Source: Bacteroidota bacterium (GTDB lineage Bacteria; Bacteroidota; Bacteroidia; Bacteroidales; JAIFNC01). From it: a stretch of 45,541 nucleotides of DNA. The notes beneath the pieces were generated by a model. It ran no database searches. It worked only from the letters and a program-made list of their open reading frames with translations, and was not told where the DNA came from. The stretch covers positions 1 to 45,541 of the forward strand of contig JAIFNC010000168.1 in assembly GCA_020047935.1 (NCBI GenBank), written 5' to 3'. Numbering within the stretch: position 1 is the first letter of the stretch; each line of letters opens with the position of its first letter. Position numbers and translations under genes: made by a program. This document shows positions 27,567 through 36,140 of the stretch, in pieces.

Positions 27567-29057
27567 ATGAGTGGGAAAAATCAACAAAACGACAACCAAG
27601 CAGCGAGTCAAAGTCGCGCTGCTGCTCACTTGTTTAACCAACTGAATAAAGAAAAAACTGCGGACGAAACCGAAGTTTCGAACCTGCATGCCGAACCCGA
27701 AGTAGCGCAGGATGCAAGCAGCGGAAAAGGCTTACCTGCCAATTTGCAAACCAAAATGGAAGGCGCTTTCGGTACCTCGTTTAATGAATTGGAGGTTAAA
27801 ACAAATTCGGTTCAGGCGCAAGAAATTGGTGCGCATGCTTTTGCGCAAGATAATGAAATACATTTTGCCCCCGGAAAATACGACCCCGAAACCACGGGCG
27901 GACAAAGGCTTATTGGGCACGAGTTGGCACATATTGTTCAACAAAAACAAGGTAAAGTTGAACCTAACTTTGAAGGCAACAACTTATTGGGAAATTACGA
28001 ACCCGGCTTGGAAAACGAAGCCGACCGTTTGGGACAAATGGCAGCCAAAGGGCAAGATACCGGCGTAAGTTTAGGCACCGAATCGGCTACCGTTAATGCA
28101 CCGGCGCAATTCTTTTTTGGCGATTTAATGAAATTAGCCGAATCGGGAATGAGTGCTATTGAATCGCTTACCGGCGGCGATGAAGGGGAGAAAGAAGCAG
28201 AGGAAGAAGAATCGACTTTCGATTTCATAAAAAATAGCCTTGAGGCAGTAACCGGTATGGCCGATGAAGGAAAAGAAGAAGAAGCTGCAGCCGGTGGCGA
28301 TGCCGAAGCTGCGGAAGGTGAAGAAGAAGGAGGAGGTTCGCTTTTCGACATGGCTCGCAGCGGGGTAGGCGCTATTGATTCGTTTTTCGGTGGCAAAGGC
28401 GAAGACGGCGAAGCGTCGTCGGCGGCAGATACTGCTACCGGATTAATTGATATGGGCGAAAGTGCTTTCAATATGTTTTCCGGCGGCAATGAGGATGCAG
28501 ATGCAAGCGAAGAGCAAAAAGAGGAAACACCTGCCAACGAGGAGGCCGCAACCAACGAAGAAGCTCCTGCCAATGAGGCTGCCGAAAATGAAGCAAATGA
28601 AGGTGCCGATACCATAGCCGAAAATGAAGCAGGCGAGGAGGAAGAAGCGCCGGCAGAAGAAATGAGTTTCTTGGACATGGTACGCGAAGATTTTGAGTTT
28701 GAAGAGGAGGGAACTGAGGAAGAAATTATAGAAGAAGAAATTTTGATGGAGGAGGAAACCGTTATTGAAGGTGGTCCCGGAACCGGAATTAAGAATAATG
28801 AAAACGACGGAAATTATGTTCCGCTTGAATATGATGAAAGCCAACCGTTGTTTGATGATGAACGTGAAAATGAAGGAACTACCGTTCCACTCGAAAACGA
28901 CCCGAATATGCCACTTTTCGACGATGAATTGCCCGGAATGGAAACTGAAGACGAAATGTTTTACATGGACGTAGAACTCGATTTGGCTATTGACGAGGCT
29001 ATGGGGGCAGTAGAATGGGTTGATATTTTGGCGGAAAATATAGAATGGGTTGATTAA
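27567..29057 (+). CDS. DUF4157 (HExxH metallopeptidase-like) protein with hyper-acidic repeat-containing C-terminal region
   Basis: 496 aa. DUF4157 core LPANLQTKMEGAFGTSFNELEVKTNS..AQEIGAHAFAQDNEIHFAPGKYDP...GQRLIGHELAHIVQQ, with HELAH at 27918-27932. The last ~300 aa are strongly Glu/Asp-rich with internal repeats. Confidence 0.85.
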   Translation: MSGKNQQNDNQAASQSRAAAHLFNQLNKEKTADETEVSNLHAEPEVAQDASSGKGLPANLQTKMEGAFGTSFNELEVKTNSVQAQEIGAHAFAQDNEIHFAPGKYDPETTGGQRLIGHELAHIVQQKQGKVEPNFEGNNLLGNYEPGLENEADRLGQMAAKGQDTGVSLGTESATVNAPAQFFFGDLMKLAESGMSAIESLTGGDEGEKEAEEEESTFDFIKNSLEAVTGMADEGKEEEAAAGGDAEAAEGEEEGGGSLFDMARSGVGAIDSFFGGKGEDGEASSAADTATGLIDMGESAFNMFSGGNEDADASEEQKEETPANEEAATNEEAPANEAAENEANEGADTIAENEAGEEEEAPAEEMSFLDMVREDFEFEEEGTEEEIIEEEILMEEETVIEGGPGTGIKNNENDGNYVPLEYDESQPLFDDERENEGTTVPLENDPNMPLFDDELPGMETEDEMFYMDVELDLAIDEAMGAVEWVDILAENIEWVD

Positions 29058-29072
29058 TAAAGCATTTATTGA

Positions 29073-30407
29073 ATGAAAAAGAACGCTTTAAGTATTGAAC
29101 GCGAACTAAAATGGCTTGAATTGTTGCTTGCATTTCGGTTCGAATGTTACAAGCAAAATAGGCGTTCGATGGAGGTTATTAAACAATTGCCTCCTAATTT
29201 AACCAAAGACGATTCGGTTTTTGCTAATTTTGTTAAACAGCACCAACTAAATGTAATTGAACGACTTGCACTTATAATGACCTTGGCGCCGCATGTTCGA
29301 CCTCAGATTTACGAACTGTTTCTTAAAAATCAGTCGAAGGAATCGGCAGGAAATTCGGAATTTGGCGGCTGGATTGGCAAAGCGCACGGCGGATTTTTGC
29401 CTACCATTGAAACGCTGGCTTTTGTAGCTGGCGGAGCTAATTTGGCAATTCGGTTTTCGCTGGTAGATTTGTTTACTCCCGACCATAAATTTATAAAAAA
29501 CGATATAATTTCGATAATTCATGCCGAAGACCATGAGCCTTTTTTTAGCGGATTTATGTCGCTTTCGCCTAGTTTAATTGAGCTTTTTACTGCCGGAAAA
29601 GAATCGAAACCGGTTTTTAGTACCAAATTTCCGGCAAAACTAATTAAAACCGATTTAAGTTGGGACGATTTAGTGATTGACGAAAACGTAGAAAACGAAG
29701 TGCTTCACATAACCAACTGGATAAAAAATAAAGACCAAATATACCAGCAATGGGGGCAGCAAGGCGTAATAAAACCGGGCTATAAGGCGTTGTTTCACGG
29801 GCCGCCCGGTACAGGCAAAAGCTTTACCGCCGGTTTAATTGGCAAAGCAACCGGCAAGGATGTATACCGAGTCGATTTGTCGATGGTTGTTTCCAAATGG
29901 GTAGGCGAAACCGAAAAAAACTTAGCACGTATTTTCGATTCGGCTGAAAATAAAGACTGGATTTTGTTTTTTGATGAAGCCGACTCGCTTTTCGGTAAAC
30001 GAACCAATACACAAAGCTCGCAGGAGCGGTATGCAAACCAAGAAGTTTCGTACCTTTTGCAACGGGTTGAAGATATTAACAGTACCGTTATTTTAGCTTC
30101 GAACTTAAAAGGAAATATGGACGAAGCTTTTTTGCGAAGGTTTCATTCAATTATCTATTTTCCGCTGCCTAAAGCAAAGCAACGGTTGCAAATGTGGGAA
30201 AATTATTTGGGCAAACGTTTCAATATGGATGCTGAAATTGATTTAGCTGCCATTTCGGAAGAATACGAAGTTACCGGAGCAAGCATAGTGAATATTTTGA
30301 AATACTGCGCAATAAAATCGGTTGAAAGACCGGACAAAAAAATTATGAAAGACGATTTAGTATTTGGTATTCGACGCGAAATAATGAAAGAAGGCAAGTT
30401 TTCCTAA
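29073..30407 (+). CDS. eCIS AAA+ ATPase (Afp15-like)
   Basis: 444 aa. Walker A GPPGTGKS, Walker B ILFFDEADSLF, second region of homology ILASNLKGNMDEAFLRRF. Preceded by an N-terminal domain of ~220 aa. Confidence 0.9.
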   Translation: MKKNALSIERELKWLELLLAFRFECYKQNRRSMEVIKQLPPNLTKDDSVFANFVKQHQLNVIERLALIMTLAPHVRPQIYELFLKNQSKESAGNSEFGGWIGKAHGGFLPTIETLAFVAGGANLAIRFSLVDLFTPDHKFIKNDIISIIHAEDHEPFFSGFMSLSPSLIELFTAGKESKPVFSTKFPAKLIKTDLSWDDLVIDENVENEVLHITNWIKNKDQIYQQWGQQGVIKPGYKALFHGPPGTGKSFTAGLIGKATGKDVYRVDLSMVVSKWVGETEKNLARIFDSAENKDWILFFDEADSLFGKRTNTQSSQERYANQEVSYLLQRVEDINSTVILASNLKGNMDEAFLRRFHSIIYFPLPKAKQRLQMWENYLGKRFNMDAEIDLAAISEEYEVTGASIVNILKYCAIKSVERPDKKIMKDDLVFGIRREIMKEGKFS

Positions 30408-30454
30408 ATAATGCCTTTTTGTTTTTGATTAATTGACCGAACAAAAATTTAACC

Positions 30455-33400
30455 ATGATAAACTTTTTACTTTGGATTCCGCCTTTTACAGCAATTATTG
30501 CTTTTGGAATGGCGTATTACTTTTTTACCTACGTAAAAAATAGTCCTCACTATGGCGAACATGGACAGTATGCTGAATTAATTAAACAAGGAACCATTCG
30601 GTTTTTAAAACCGCAAATCGTATTCAATGCAAAGGTTTTTATTGTTGTGCTGGTGCTTATGGCAATAGCGGCAATACTTAATTTAATGCAACCGGTTATT
30701 TTGCTGTTTTTTATTTTGGGCGGCATATTTTCGGTACTTGCGGCGTTGGCAGGCTTGTTTATTGCGCCGCTCACCGGTACACGAATTTTGTATGCCAACC
30801 AAAATTTTGATTTGGCAAGAGTGCTCAAAATAAGCTATCGCGGTGGCTTGTCGCAAGGGTTAATCGTGGTAGGTTTGGGGCTTTTGTTTGTATGGCTGGC
30901 ATATTTTCTATCGGTACATAGTTGGGAACTGCCGGCACGCGAAAAAGGCTCGCAAATTGCCTTGGTTTTGCTCAGTTTTGGTTTTGGTGCATCGTTAAAT
31001 ACTTTACTTACACGAATTTCGACCGGCATATTTGCTAAAACTGCCGATATAACCGCCGATACCATAAGCAACACCACTACCGGAATGCACGAAGACGATT
31101 TGAGCAACCCGGCAACTTTGGCCGATGCTGTGGGCGATAATTTGACCGATGCCGTAGCGATGGGTGTTGATTATTTTGAAACCTACGTAATTTCAATGAT
31201 TGCCGCCGTAGTGCTTGGTGCAATTGCGTTTTCGGGTTCGGTTGATGTACAAATGCACGCCATTTTATTACCCATGATATTTGGCAGTATAGCAGCATTG
31301 ATTTCGGTTTTTACCGGTTCGTACAGCCGAACAAAACGTTGGGCAACCCAAAAGAATATGCTTAATTCGCTTATTTATAGCCAGTACATGTACTCGGTAT
31401 TTATTATAATTGTTTCATTTGTGGTACTGTATTTCTTCGATTTTCCCAACCCTTGGGGGCTTTGGGGCGCTTTAAGCATTGGTACCTTACTAAGTCTTGT
31501 GCTTATAAAAATTACCGAACGAAGTACTTCGGAAGATTACGGACACACACAATTTGTTACCTACCAAGCTTTTACAAGCGTAGCTCATACTATTATTGGC
31601 GGGTTAGGTTCCGGAATGATTTCAACTTTTGTTTTAATACTTGCGCTAACCGGTGGAATAATTGCTTCGTATGCAACTGCTACTCTAACGCACTTGTATT
31701 TGTTTCCGTTGGGCATGTACGGAATTGCGCTTACCGGCTTGGCTATGTTGGCACCTATTTCGCTAACCATTGCAGCAAACTTAATGAGCCCGGTGGCCGA
31801 CCAAGCCTTGGCGGCCGGCAATTTAACCGAACTTTCCGAAGAAGAGCAAAACCGATTGCAAGCATTCGATTCGCTTGGCAATACAACCGCTGCAGTTGGC
31901 AAAAATATAACCTTGGTTGCTTCTGTAATTAGCGGAATTGCAATTATTTCGGCTTATGTTTCCGGAATGAAAGCAGTGGCTGTACATAATTTCAACCTCA
32001 ATGGTTTCTTTATTTTTCCGAATGGAGTAAAAACCAAAACCGTTGAAGAATTATATGCACTTACCGACGGACAGTTACTGCTTAACTTCAATGTATTTCT
32101 TTCAAATCCGTTCTTTATTTTGGGCGCACTGTTAGGGGCACTTACCATTATGTTTTTAAGCGGAAAAAGCATTGTTTCGGTGGCTAAACTATCGTCGCAA
32201 CTCATTGAAGAAATGCGCTTTAAAATGCAAAGTCTGAATTCTGAAAGTTCCGATCCCGGGCTTTGGATGCATAATCTGCAAAAACTATCGCGCAAGGAAA
32301 CGGTGTTACCCGTAATTTTTGCTTTGGCAATGCCCGTTGTTGTAACGCTTTTGTTTGGGGTAGCCGGAGTATTGGGACTTATGGTGGGCACGTTGGTTAT
32401 GGGTTTTATGTTTTTGGTGTTTCTGGCAAGTGCCGGTGCTATTTTCGACAATGCTAAAAAACTTTCGTTGAATGGCGTAATTGGTAAAGATTATTCCGAA
32501 ATAAAAAACCAAGTACTTATTGCCGACTCGGTTGGCGACCCGCTAAAGGATACCGCTGCACCTATGCTTAATGCGCTTATTAAGTTAGTTTTAACCATTA
32601 GTGTAGTTATGACCGGTGTAACGGTTTATATGGATTCTAAGCAACCTCCAAAACCGCTCGACCACCACTTGTTCCGTGTGCAAATAAACCAACTCGATAC
32701 CGATAAACCGGTTAATAATGTTGAACTGAATTTGCTAAATTTGGTTAGCGGCAAAGTTTCAACCGAACAAACCGACGAATTGGGTTTTATGGAAATTAAA
32801 CTCAAAAAAGGCGACCGTTTTGTACTTACCCTGCAACTTGAAAATTACGAAACAATGGTTGATACCATTGATACCAAAACGCTGCAAAAAGATACCATTG
32901 ATTACCAAAAAGCAATGGCATTTTTGCCGTATTTTATTACCGGAACCTGCGAAATGCGAGGCAGCGAAACGCGTGTAGTGGGCTTAAAAGTAGTACTTCA
33001 GGACGAAACCAATAACCACATTGCCGAAACTACCACCGACAAATTTGGCGATTTTACCTTCCGATTGCGAGCCAAACATGCCTACAAAGTACGAATGCAA
33101 ACCGATTCGTTGTTGGTTCGAAATGGCTATTTTGTTACCGACAGTTTAACCGATAACGAACCGGAATTGCGACAAACCTTTAAAATGGACAGTAAAACGG
33201 TAGGTTCAAAAATTGAATTGAACATTAATTTTGCTTCCGGAAAATCGGACCTCGATTCGCTTACCATGCTTTTTATCGACCGCGAAGTGGTGCAGTTAAT
33301 GAAAGATAATGCCGATGTGATTTTTGAATTTGGTGCGCATACCGATTCGCGAGGCGATGCCCGAGCCAACGAAATACTGTCGCAAAAGCGTGCCGATTCG

Positions 33401-33571
33401 GCAGTTAAATACGTACTTAGCAAAGGTATACCGGCAAACCAAATAAAACCGGTTGGCTATGGCGAATCGGAAATTAAGAACGATTGCATGGATGGAGTTG
33501 ATTGCTCGGACGAAGAACATGCAGTAAACCGAAGGGTAGAAATTAAAGTATTGCAATTGCTTGGCAAGTAA
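30455..33571 (+). CDS. Membrane pyrophosphatase (H+/Na+-PPase) homolog fused to beta-sandwich domains and a C-terminal OmpA-like peptidoglycan-binding domain
   Basis: 1038 aa. M-PPase motifs in order: GIFAKTADITAD; EDDLSNPATLADAVGDNLTDAVAMGVDYFETY; SPVADQA; FDSLGNTTAAVGK; AGAIFDNAKK; IADSVGDPLKDTAAPMLNALIKLV. These are followed by two CarboxypepD_reg-like segments and the OmpA_C region NINFASGKSDLD...HTDSRGD...NEILSQKRADSAVKYVLSKGI...GYGES...NRRVEIKV. Confidence 0.85.
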   Translation: MINFLLWIPPFTAIIAFGMAYYFFTYVKNSPHYGEHGQYAELIKQGTIRFLKPQIVFNAKVFIVVLVLMAIAAILNLMQPVILLFFILGGIFSVLAALAGLFIAPLTGTRILYANQNFDLARVLKISYRGGLSQGLIVVGLGLLFVWLAYFLSVHSWELPAREKGSQIALVLLSFGFGASLNTLLTRISTGIFAKTADITADTISNTTTGMHEDDLSNPATLADAVGDNLTDAVAMGVDYFETYVISMIAAVVLGAIAFSGSVDVQMHAILLPMIFGSIAALISVFTGSYSRTKRWATQKNMLNSLIYSQYMYSVFIIIVSFVVLYFFDFPNPWGLWGALSIGTLLSLVLIKITERSTSEDYGHTQFVTYQAFTSVAHTIIGGLGSGMISTFVLILALTGGIIASYATATLTHLYLFPLGMYGIALTGLAMLAPISLTIAANLMSPVADQALAAGNLTELSEEEQNRLQAFDSLGNTTAAVGKNITLVASVISGIAIISAYVSGMKAVAVHNFNLNGFFIFPNGVKTKTVEELYALTDGQLLLNFNVFLSNPFFILGALLGALTIMFLSGKSIVSVAKLSSQLIEEMRFKMQSLNSESSDPGLWMHNLQKLSRKETVLPVIFALAMPVVVTLLFGVAGVLGLMVGTLVMGFMFLVFLASAGAIFDNAKKLSLNGVIGKDYSEIKNQVLIADSVGDPLKDTAAPMLNALIKLVLTISVVMTGVTVYMDSKQPPKPLDHHLFRVQINQLDTDKPVNNVELNLLNLVSGKVSTEQTDELGFMEIKLKKGDRFVLTLQLENYETMVDTIDTKTLQKDTIDYQKAMAFLPYFITGTCEMRGSETRVVGLKVVLQDETNNHIAETTTDKFGDFTFRLRAKHAYKVRMQTDSLLVRNGYFVTDSLTDNEPELRQTFKMDSKTVGSKIELNINFASGKSDLDSLTMLFIDREVVQLMKDNADVIFEFGAHTDSRGDARANEILSQKRADSAVKYVLSKGIPANQIKPVGYGESEIKNDCMDGVDCSDEEHAVNRRVEIKVLQLLGK

Positions 33572-33586
33572 GCTAAACCTTTCAGT

Positions 33587-33629
33587 AAAAAAAAGCTGCT
33601 AATCGTATCCGGTTAGCAGCTTTTTTTTT
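33587..33629. terminator. Bidirectional rho-independent terminator between convergent genes
   Basis: A-run, then AGCTGCTAA (33594-33602), 10-nt loop, TTAGCAGCT (33613-33621), then a T-run to 33629. Confidence 0.9.
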
Positions 33630-33645
33630 GAAAATAAACGTTCAA

Positions 33646-34035
33646 CTAAATATTATAAGTTATAACCAAATCCGAAATTTCGGTCATAAGCAGCGAAAGC
33701 GAATTTAAACTACCCTCCAGTTCGTTTAAATCGAGATTTTCAATTTGCAAAGTTTCGCGGAAAAGCACCTGACTGCCATCGGCGGTAAGTGCAAAAGCAC
33801 CATGAATAATATCGCGGTTTTTTATAAGAAGTTTCATATAAATAGCATTGTCCGATGCATTTACATTGAATAATAACTGTTCCAACACCAGCAGCGGTTC
33901 GGCAATAACCAGCACCAAATTTGAAATTCCGGCTTCCGGGTTATTAATTACGAATAGTTGCTCGGCTTCATTTTTACGAACTATCGAGTATTCCAACTCC
34001 AATAAATAGTTTTCAACTTTCTGAAAATTAGTCAT
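33646..34035 (-). CDS. YbjN / type-III-secretion-chaperone-like small acidic protein
   Basis: 129 aa. The pattern VENYLLELEYS..., LFVINNPEAGISNLVLVIAEPLLVLE, LLIKNRDIIHGAFAL..DGSQVLFRETLQIENLDLNELEGSLNSLSLLM resembles the YbjN/CesT-like fold family. Confidence 0.55.
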   Translation of the reverse strand: MTNFQKVENYLLELEYSIVRKNEAEQLFVINNPEAGISNLVLVIAEPLLVLEQLLFNVNASDNAIYMKLLIKNRDIIHGAFALTADGSQVLFRETLQIENLDLNELEGSLNSLSLLMTEISDLVITYNI

Positions 34036-34167
34036 AGCTATAGGTTTTATATGTTCTTTTTGAAACGAATTTTACGGTTCTAAAGTATAATTTTTTTTCA
34101 AACCAAACAAGTTTTTGTAAACTGAAATGTTACTGATATTTCGTAGTAGAATCGTTTTATAACACCT

Positions 34168-34200
34168 TCGCGGTTGTTTGTCTCAAATAAACAACTGCGA
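34168..34200. promoter_or_regulatory. 12-bp inverted repeat in the divergent promoter region
   Basis: TCGCGGTTGTTT (34168-34179) / AAACAACTGCGA (34189-34200), one mismatch, 9-nt loop. A TAnnTTTG -7 element (TATTTTTG) lies at 34242-34249 on the plus strand. Confidence 0.35.
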
Positions 34201-34355
34201 AACTTACGTAAATTTTAAATTAACTTTGTAATTTATTGTGTTATTTTTGTAGATAATTGCCATTTTATTCAGTTTTAGGTTGAAAACTGAAGAGGAAATA
34301 TAGCATTTAAGAATGAATAATTGTTTTGGCTTATTAAAACAAAAAAGGTAAACCA

Positions 34356-34883
34356 ATGAAAATAGAAATACTGACTAATAAAAGCAGTACATTAACGATT
34401 GAAAATCAATCGAAAGAGATTAAGGAACTATTGCTCAAAATTCAACAAAAATATCCTGATTGGGAAGAATTTGTTTTATCAAATCATAAAACTGAACAAA
34501 TAAGAGTGCTAAAATTGATGGATAAAGTAGTCTTTTTAAATAGAATTCCTGAAATTGGTAAAGTAATTGAATTTTTAGATAAACACCACTTTAACTGGGA
34601 ACGTATAGTAATAAGTAAAAAAAACTTCCCGGTGATAGAGAATTTAATTTTTCACGAAGGAATGTTAGTACGAGAATATGGTAGTAATACGAACGCTTAT
34701 CAATTGGTTAAAGAAGTTAACGGAGATACGCTTAAACTTATTCAAGAAGGTAAGGAATGGAATTATAATATTGAAAGACAGAGTAATGCCGGGTTTAAAC
34801 TAAGACTTCTTTGTGAAAATCTAATCAATGTTGACGAATTTAATGCACATGGTTGGCCCGCAACAAAGACACGGAATAAATAA
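34356..34883 (+). CDS. Hypothetical protein (first gene of the AT-rich islet)
   Basis: 175-aa ORF with no recognisable motif. Much more AT-rich than the eCIS genes (hand count ~27% G+C over the first ~90 nt). Confidence 0.55.
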   Translation: MKIEILTNKSSTLTIENQSKEIKELLLKIQQKYPDWEEFVLSNHKTEQIRVLKLMDKVVFLNRIPEIGKVIEFLDKHHFNWERIVISKKNFPVIENLIFHEGMLVREYGSNTNAYQLVKEVNGDTLKLIQEGKEWNYNIERQSNAGFKLRLLCENLINVDEFNAHGWPATKTRNK

Positions 34884-34922
34884 TTGTATTCAATTATAAA
34901 ATGAAAAAATATAAAGGAAATT

Positions 34923-36140
34923 ATGAAAAGTAATCCGATAATAATTGACAACGGAAAATCCAATCAATTAACTAAATTACAATATACTGAAAAGAACTTT
35001 GATGAAAATTGGATACAAGAAATTATTTATCAAAACCCAAATTTACTGCCGACAAGTGAAATTGAACCGGTTTTTGGCAACCAAATTTCTATAGGTAGAG
35101 AAATTTCGACCAATGCAGGATTTATAGATAATTTATTCATCAATTCAGACGGTTACATTACTTTAGTGGAAACAAAACTTTGGAGGAATCCGGAAGCAAG
35201 AAGGGAAGTGGTTGCCCAAATTATTGATTATGCAAAAGAACTTAACAAATGGGATTTCCAAAAATTAGATAATAGTGTTCGAGTTTCCAGTCAAAAATAT
35301 AATCAGACAAATGAAGGAATTATAGAAATATTAAGCAAATACGACACAATTGACGAAAAAGAATTAATAGATAATGCTGAAAAGAATTTAAGAAAAGGAC
35401 GGTTTTTATTATTGATTGTCGGTGATGGAATACGTGAAAATGTGCAAGATATGGTTGAATATTTAAGTCAAATGCCTCAACTCTATTTTACACTTGCACT
35501 TGTTGAATTACAAATTTTTAAAACTGAAATTGAGAATAGAGAAATCCGTTTGATTATTCCCAATATTATTACCCGAACAAAAGAAATTACAAGAGCAATA
35601 ATTAGAATCGAAGGCGTAAATCCGGAACAAATAAAAGTTGAAGTGCCTGAAAATAACCTACAAGAAAAAACATTAAGAACGTCAAATGCAAAACGAAATA
35701 CAATAACAGAACAAGATTTTTTTGAAAATTTAAGCGCTAAAGTTGATAAAATGAGTGTTGATTTTACTAGGAAAATTTTGCATGATTGTCAAATAAAAGG
35801 ACTATTCATAGAATGGGGGCAAGGAAGCTTCATTGTTAAATATTACAAACCGGAATTGAGTAGTTTAAAATTCTCATTATTCGTTGTTACTACGAATGGA
35901 CAAATTTATTCCGGTTGGATTGGTGGAACGTTAATTAAAGCAAATATCGATAATAGTTTCAGCATTCAAATTGTGCATGAAACAGCAAAATTATTTGATA
36001 ACATTGCAATTGATAGTAAACTTAATTGGAGTAGAAACGCAAAAGTGTCTGAACTACAAGGTGTTTATGATAAATTTATTGAATTGGTTGACAAGCATAC
36101 GAATTATATTGAGGCAGAATTAATGAAGAAATATTATTAA
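34923..36140 (+). CDS. PD-(D/E)xK nuclease-fold protein (NucS/DUF91-like N-terminal domain) with uncharacterised C-terminal domain
   Basis: 405 aa. Motif GFIDNLFINSDGYITLVETKLWRNPEARREVVAQIIDYA equals D...(D/E)xK plus QxxxY, as in RecB/NucS-type nucleases. The C-terminal ~200 aa were not recognised. Confidence 0.6.
   Translation: MKSNPIIIDNGKSNQLTKLQYTEKNFDENWIQEIIYQNPNLLPTSEIEPVFGNQISIGREISTNAGFIDNLFINSDGYITLVETKLWRNPEARREVVAQIIDYAKELNKWDFQKLDNSVRVSSQKYNQTNEGIIEILSKYDTIDEKELIDNAEKNLRKGRFLLLIVGDGIRENVQDMVEYLSQMPQLYFTLALVELQIFKTEIENREIRLIIPNIITRTKEITRAIIRIEGVNPEQIKVEVPENNLQEKTLRTSNAKRNTITEQDFFENLSAKVDKMSVDFTRKILHDCQIKGLFIEWGQGSFIVKYYKPELSSLKFSLFVVTTNGQIYSGWIGGTLIKANIDNSFSIQIVHETAKLFDNIAIDSKLNWSRNAKVSELQGVYDKFIELVDKHTNYIEAELMKKYY

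Noticed and set aside
27995-28678. 227-aa Ser/Ala-rich ORF on the minus strand
   Set aside because: It is the antisense reading of the GAA/GAG/GCN-rich acidic tail of the DUF4157 gene. Its low-complexity composition mirrors the sense strand, and it has no independent start context.
8603-30407. Interpretation as a prophage tail module or R/F-type tailocin
   Set aside because: No capsid, portal, terminase, integrase or lysis-regulator genes appear in the 45 kb. The presence of DUF4255, DUF4157 and a dedicated AAA+ ATPase is characteristic of eCIS rather than phage tails.
31453-31932. 159-aa plus-strand ORF in an alternative frame inside the PPase-OmpA gene, plus several minus-strand ORFs between 30550 and 33556
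   Set aside because: They overlap a 1038-aa ORF that has ordered family motifs. Their translations are Arg/Cys/Asn-rich with no features.
8603-33571. Canonical T6SS (subtypes i-iii)
   Set aside because: No TssJ/L/M membrane complex, TssK, TssA or ClpV-like proteins were recognised. The sheath is a single phage-type protein rather than a TssB/TssC pair.
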